NCBI GenBank assembly: GCA_023231475.1
Contig: JALJEE010002820.1
Coordinates: 1 to 34,811, forward strand
Direction: 5' to 3'
Source of the DNA: Seison nebaliae
Lineage: Eukaryota
Length of the DNA stretch: 34,811 bases
The notes under the pieces were generated by a model. The model saw only the letters and a list, made by a program, of their open reading frames with translations. It had not been told where the DNA came from and searched no databases. Made by a program: the position numbers and the translations under genes. Of the stretch, positions 34,485 through 34,811 are shown piece after piece (position 1 is the stretch's first letter; every line of letters starts with the position of its first letter).

Positions 34485-34811
34485 ATGAAGTACTTTATTG
34501 TTACGATTATGCACCGAGGAAAAGAAACGCTTTGCATATGTAAGGAAGACTGGATAATAGTAAACAGTATGGGGAATAAGTTAAGGTGGAACGACAGGTG
34601 TTTAAACTCGACGGAAAAATTAAGAGAATATTTAGAAGGAAAAGAAGAAACAAATATTACTCGATGGAAACAAATATCTATAAAAGAAATCGTTCGATCC
34701 TCACGTTAGTTTATTTTTTCACAATATTCTGAATATTTTTATTTATTTTTTAGATAATTTAGATAAACTTTGGAAATTTTATGACATGAAAATGGCAAGC
34801 GGAAGATATTC
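34485..34811 (+). CDS. 5' part of a spliced gene resembling the second (accessory) ORF of CACTA-like elements; runs off the window
   Basis: Exon 34485-34704, intron 34705-34753 (GTTAGT..TTTTAG), then open frame HNLDKLWKFYDMKMASGRY. The MxxFIV..W..W..W spacing resembles N-termini of DUF4806-type transposon proteins. Divergent from the transposase remnant. Confidence 0.55.

Noticed and set aside
1..34811. Alternative genetic code or stop-codon readthrough to explain fragmented ORFs
   Set aside because: In the intact genes all interruptions resolve as short GT-AG introns; long genes (SF3B1, CK1) are open in the standard code and end in normal stops.

Overview
AT-rich, gene-dense eukaryotic (animal) nuclear DNA using the standard genetic code, with very short introns (mostly 41-64 nt). 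Manual splicing recovers: a 9-exon DBH/MOXD1-like copper monooxygenase homolog that appears to have lost all copper ligands; two identical tRNA-Pro(AGG) genes; a membrane protein with a 9-aa x16 repeat; a SAMD15-like gene; a decayed LINE (APE + RT); an inebriated-like SLC6 transporter; two SNORD38/snR61-type C/D snoRNAs in a probable non-coding host gene head-to-head with an intronless SF3B1; a truncated PKA-RII-like cyclic-nucleotide-binding protein; an alpha-carbonic anhydrase; a CK1-family kinase; a coiled-coil protein; an AGC-like pseudokinase; a class A GPCR; and a CACTA/EnSpm-like transposon remnant. The most striking signal is that every intron I could reconstruct (29/29 in 8 transcription units; 23 in four genes where reading frame and, for most, homology fix the junction) starts with GTT rather than GTA/GTG, with little conservation at +4..+6. 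This suggests a lineage with re-specified 5' splice-site recognition. All homology calls are from remembered family motifs, not database searches, and the organism cannot be identified from this window.
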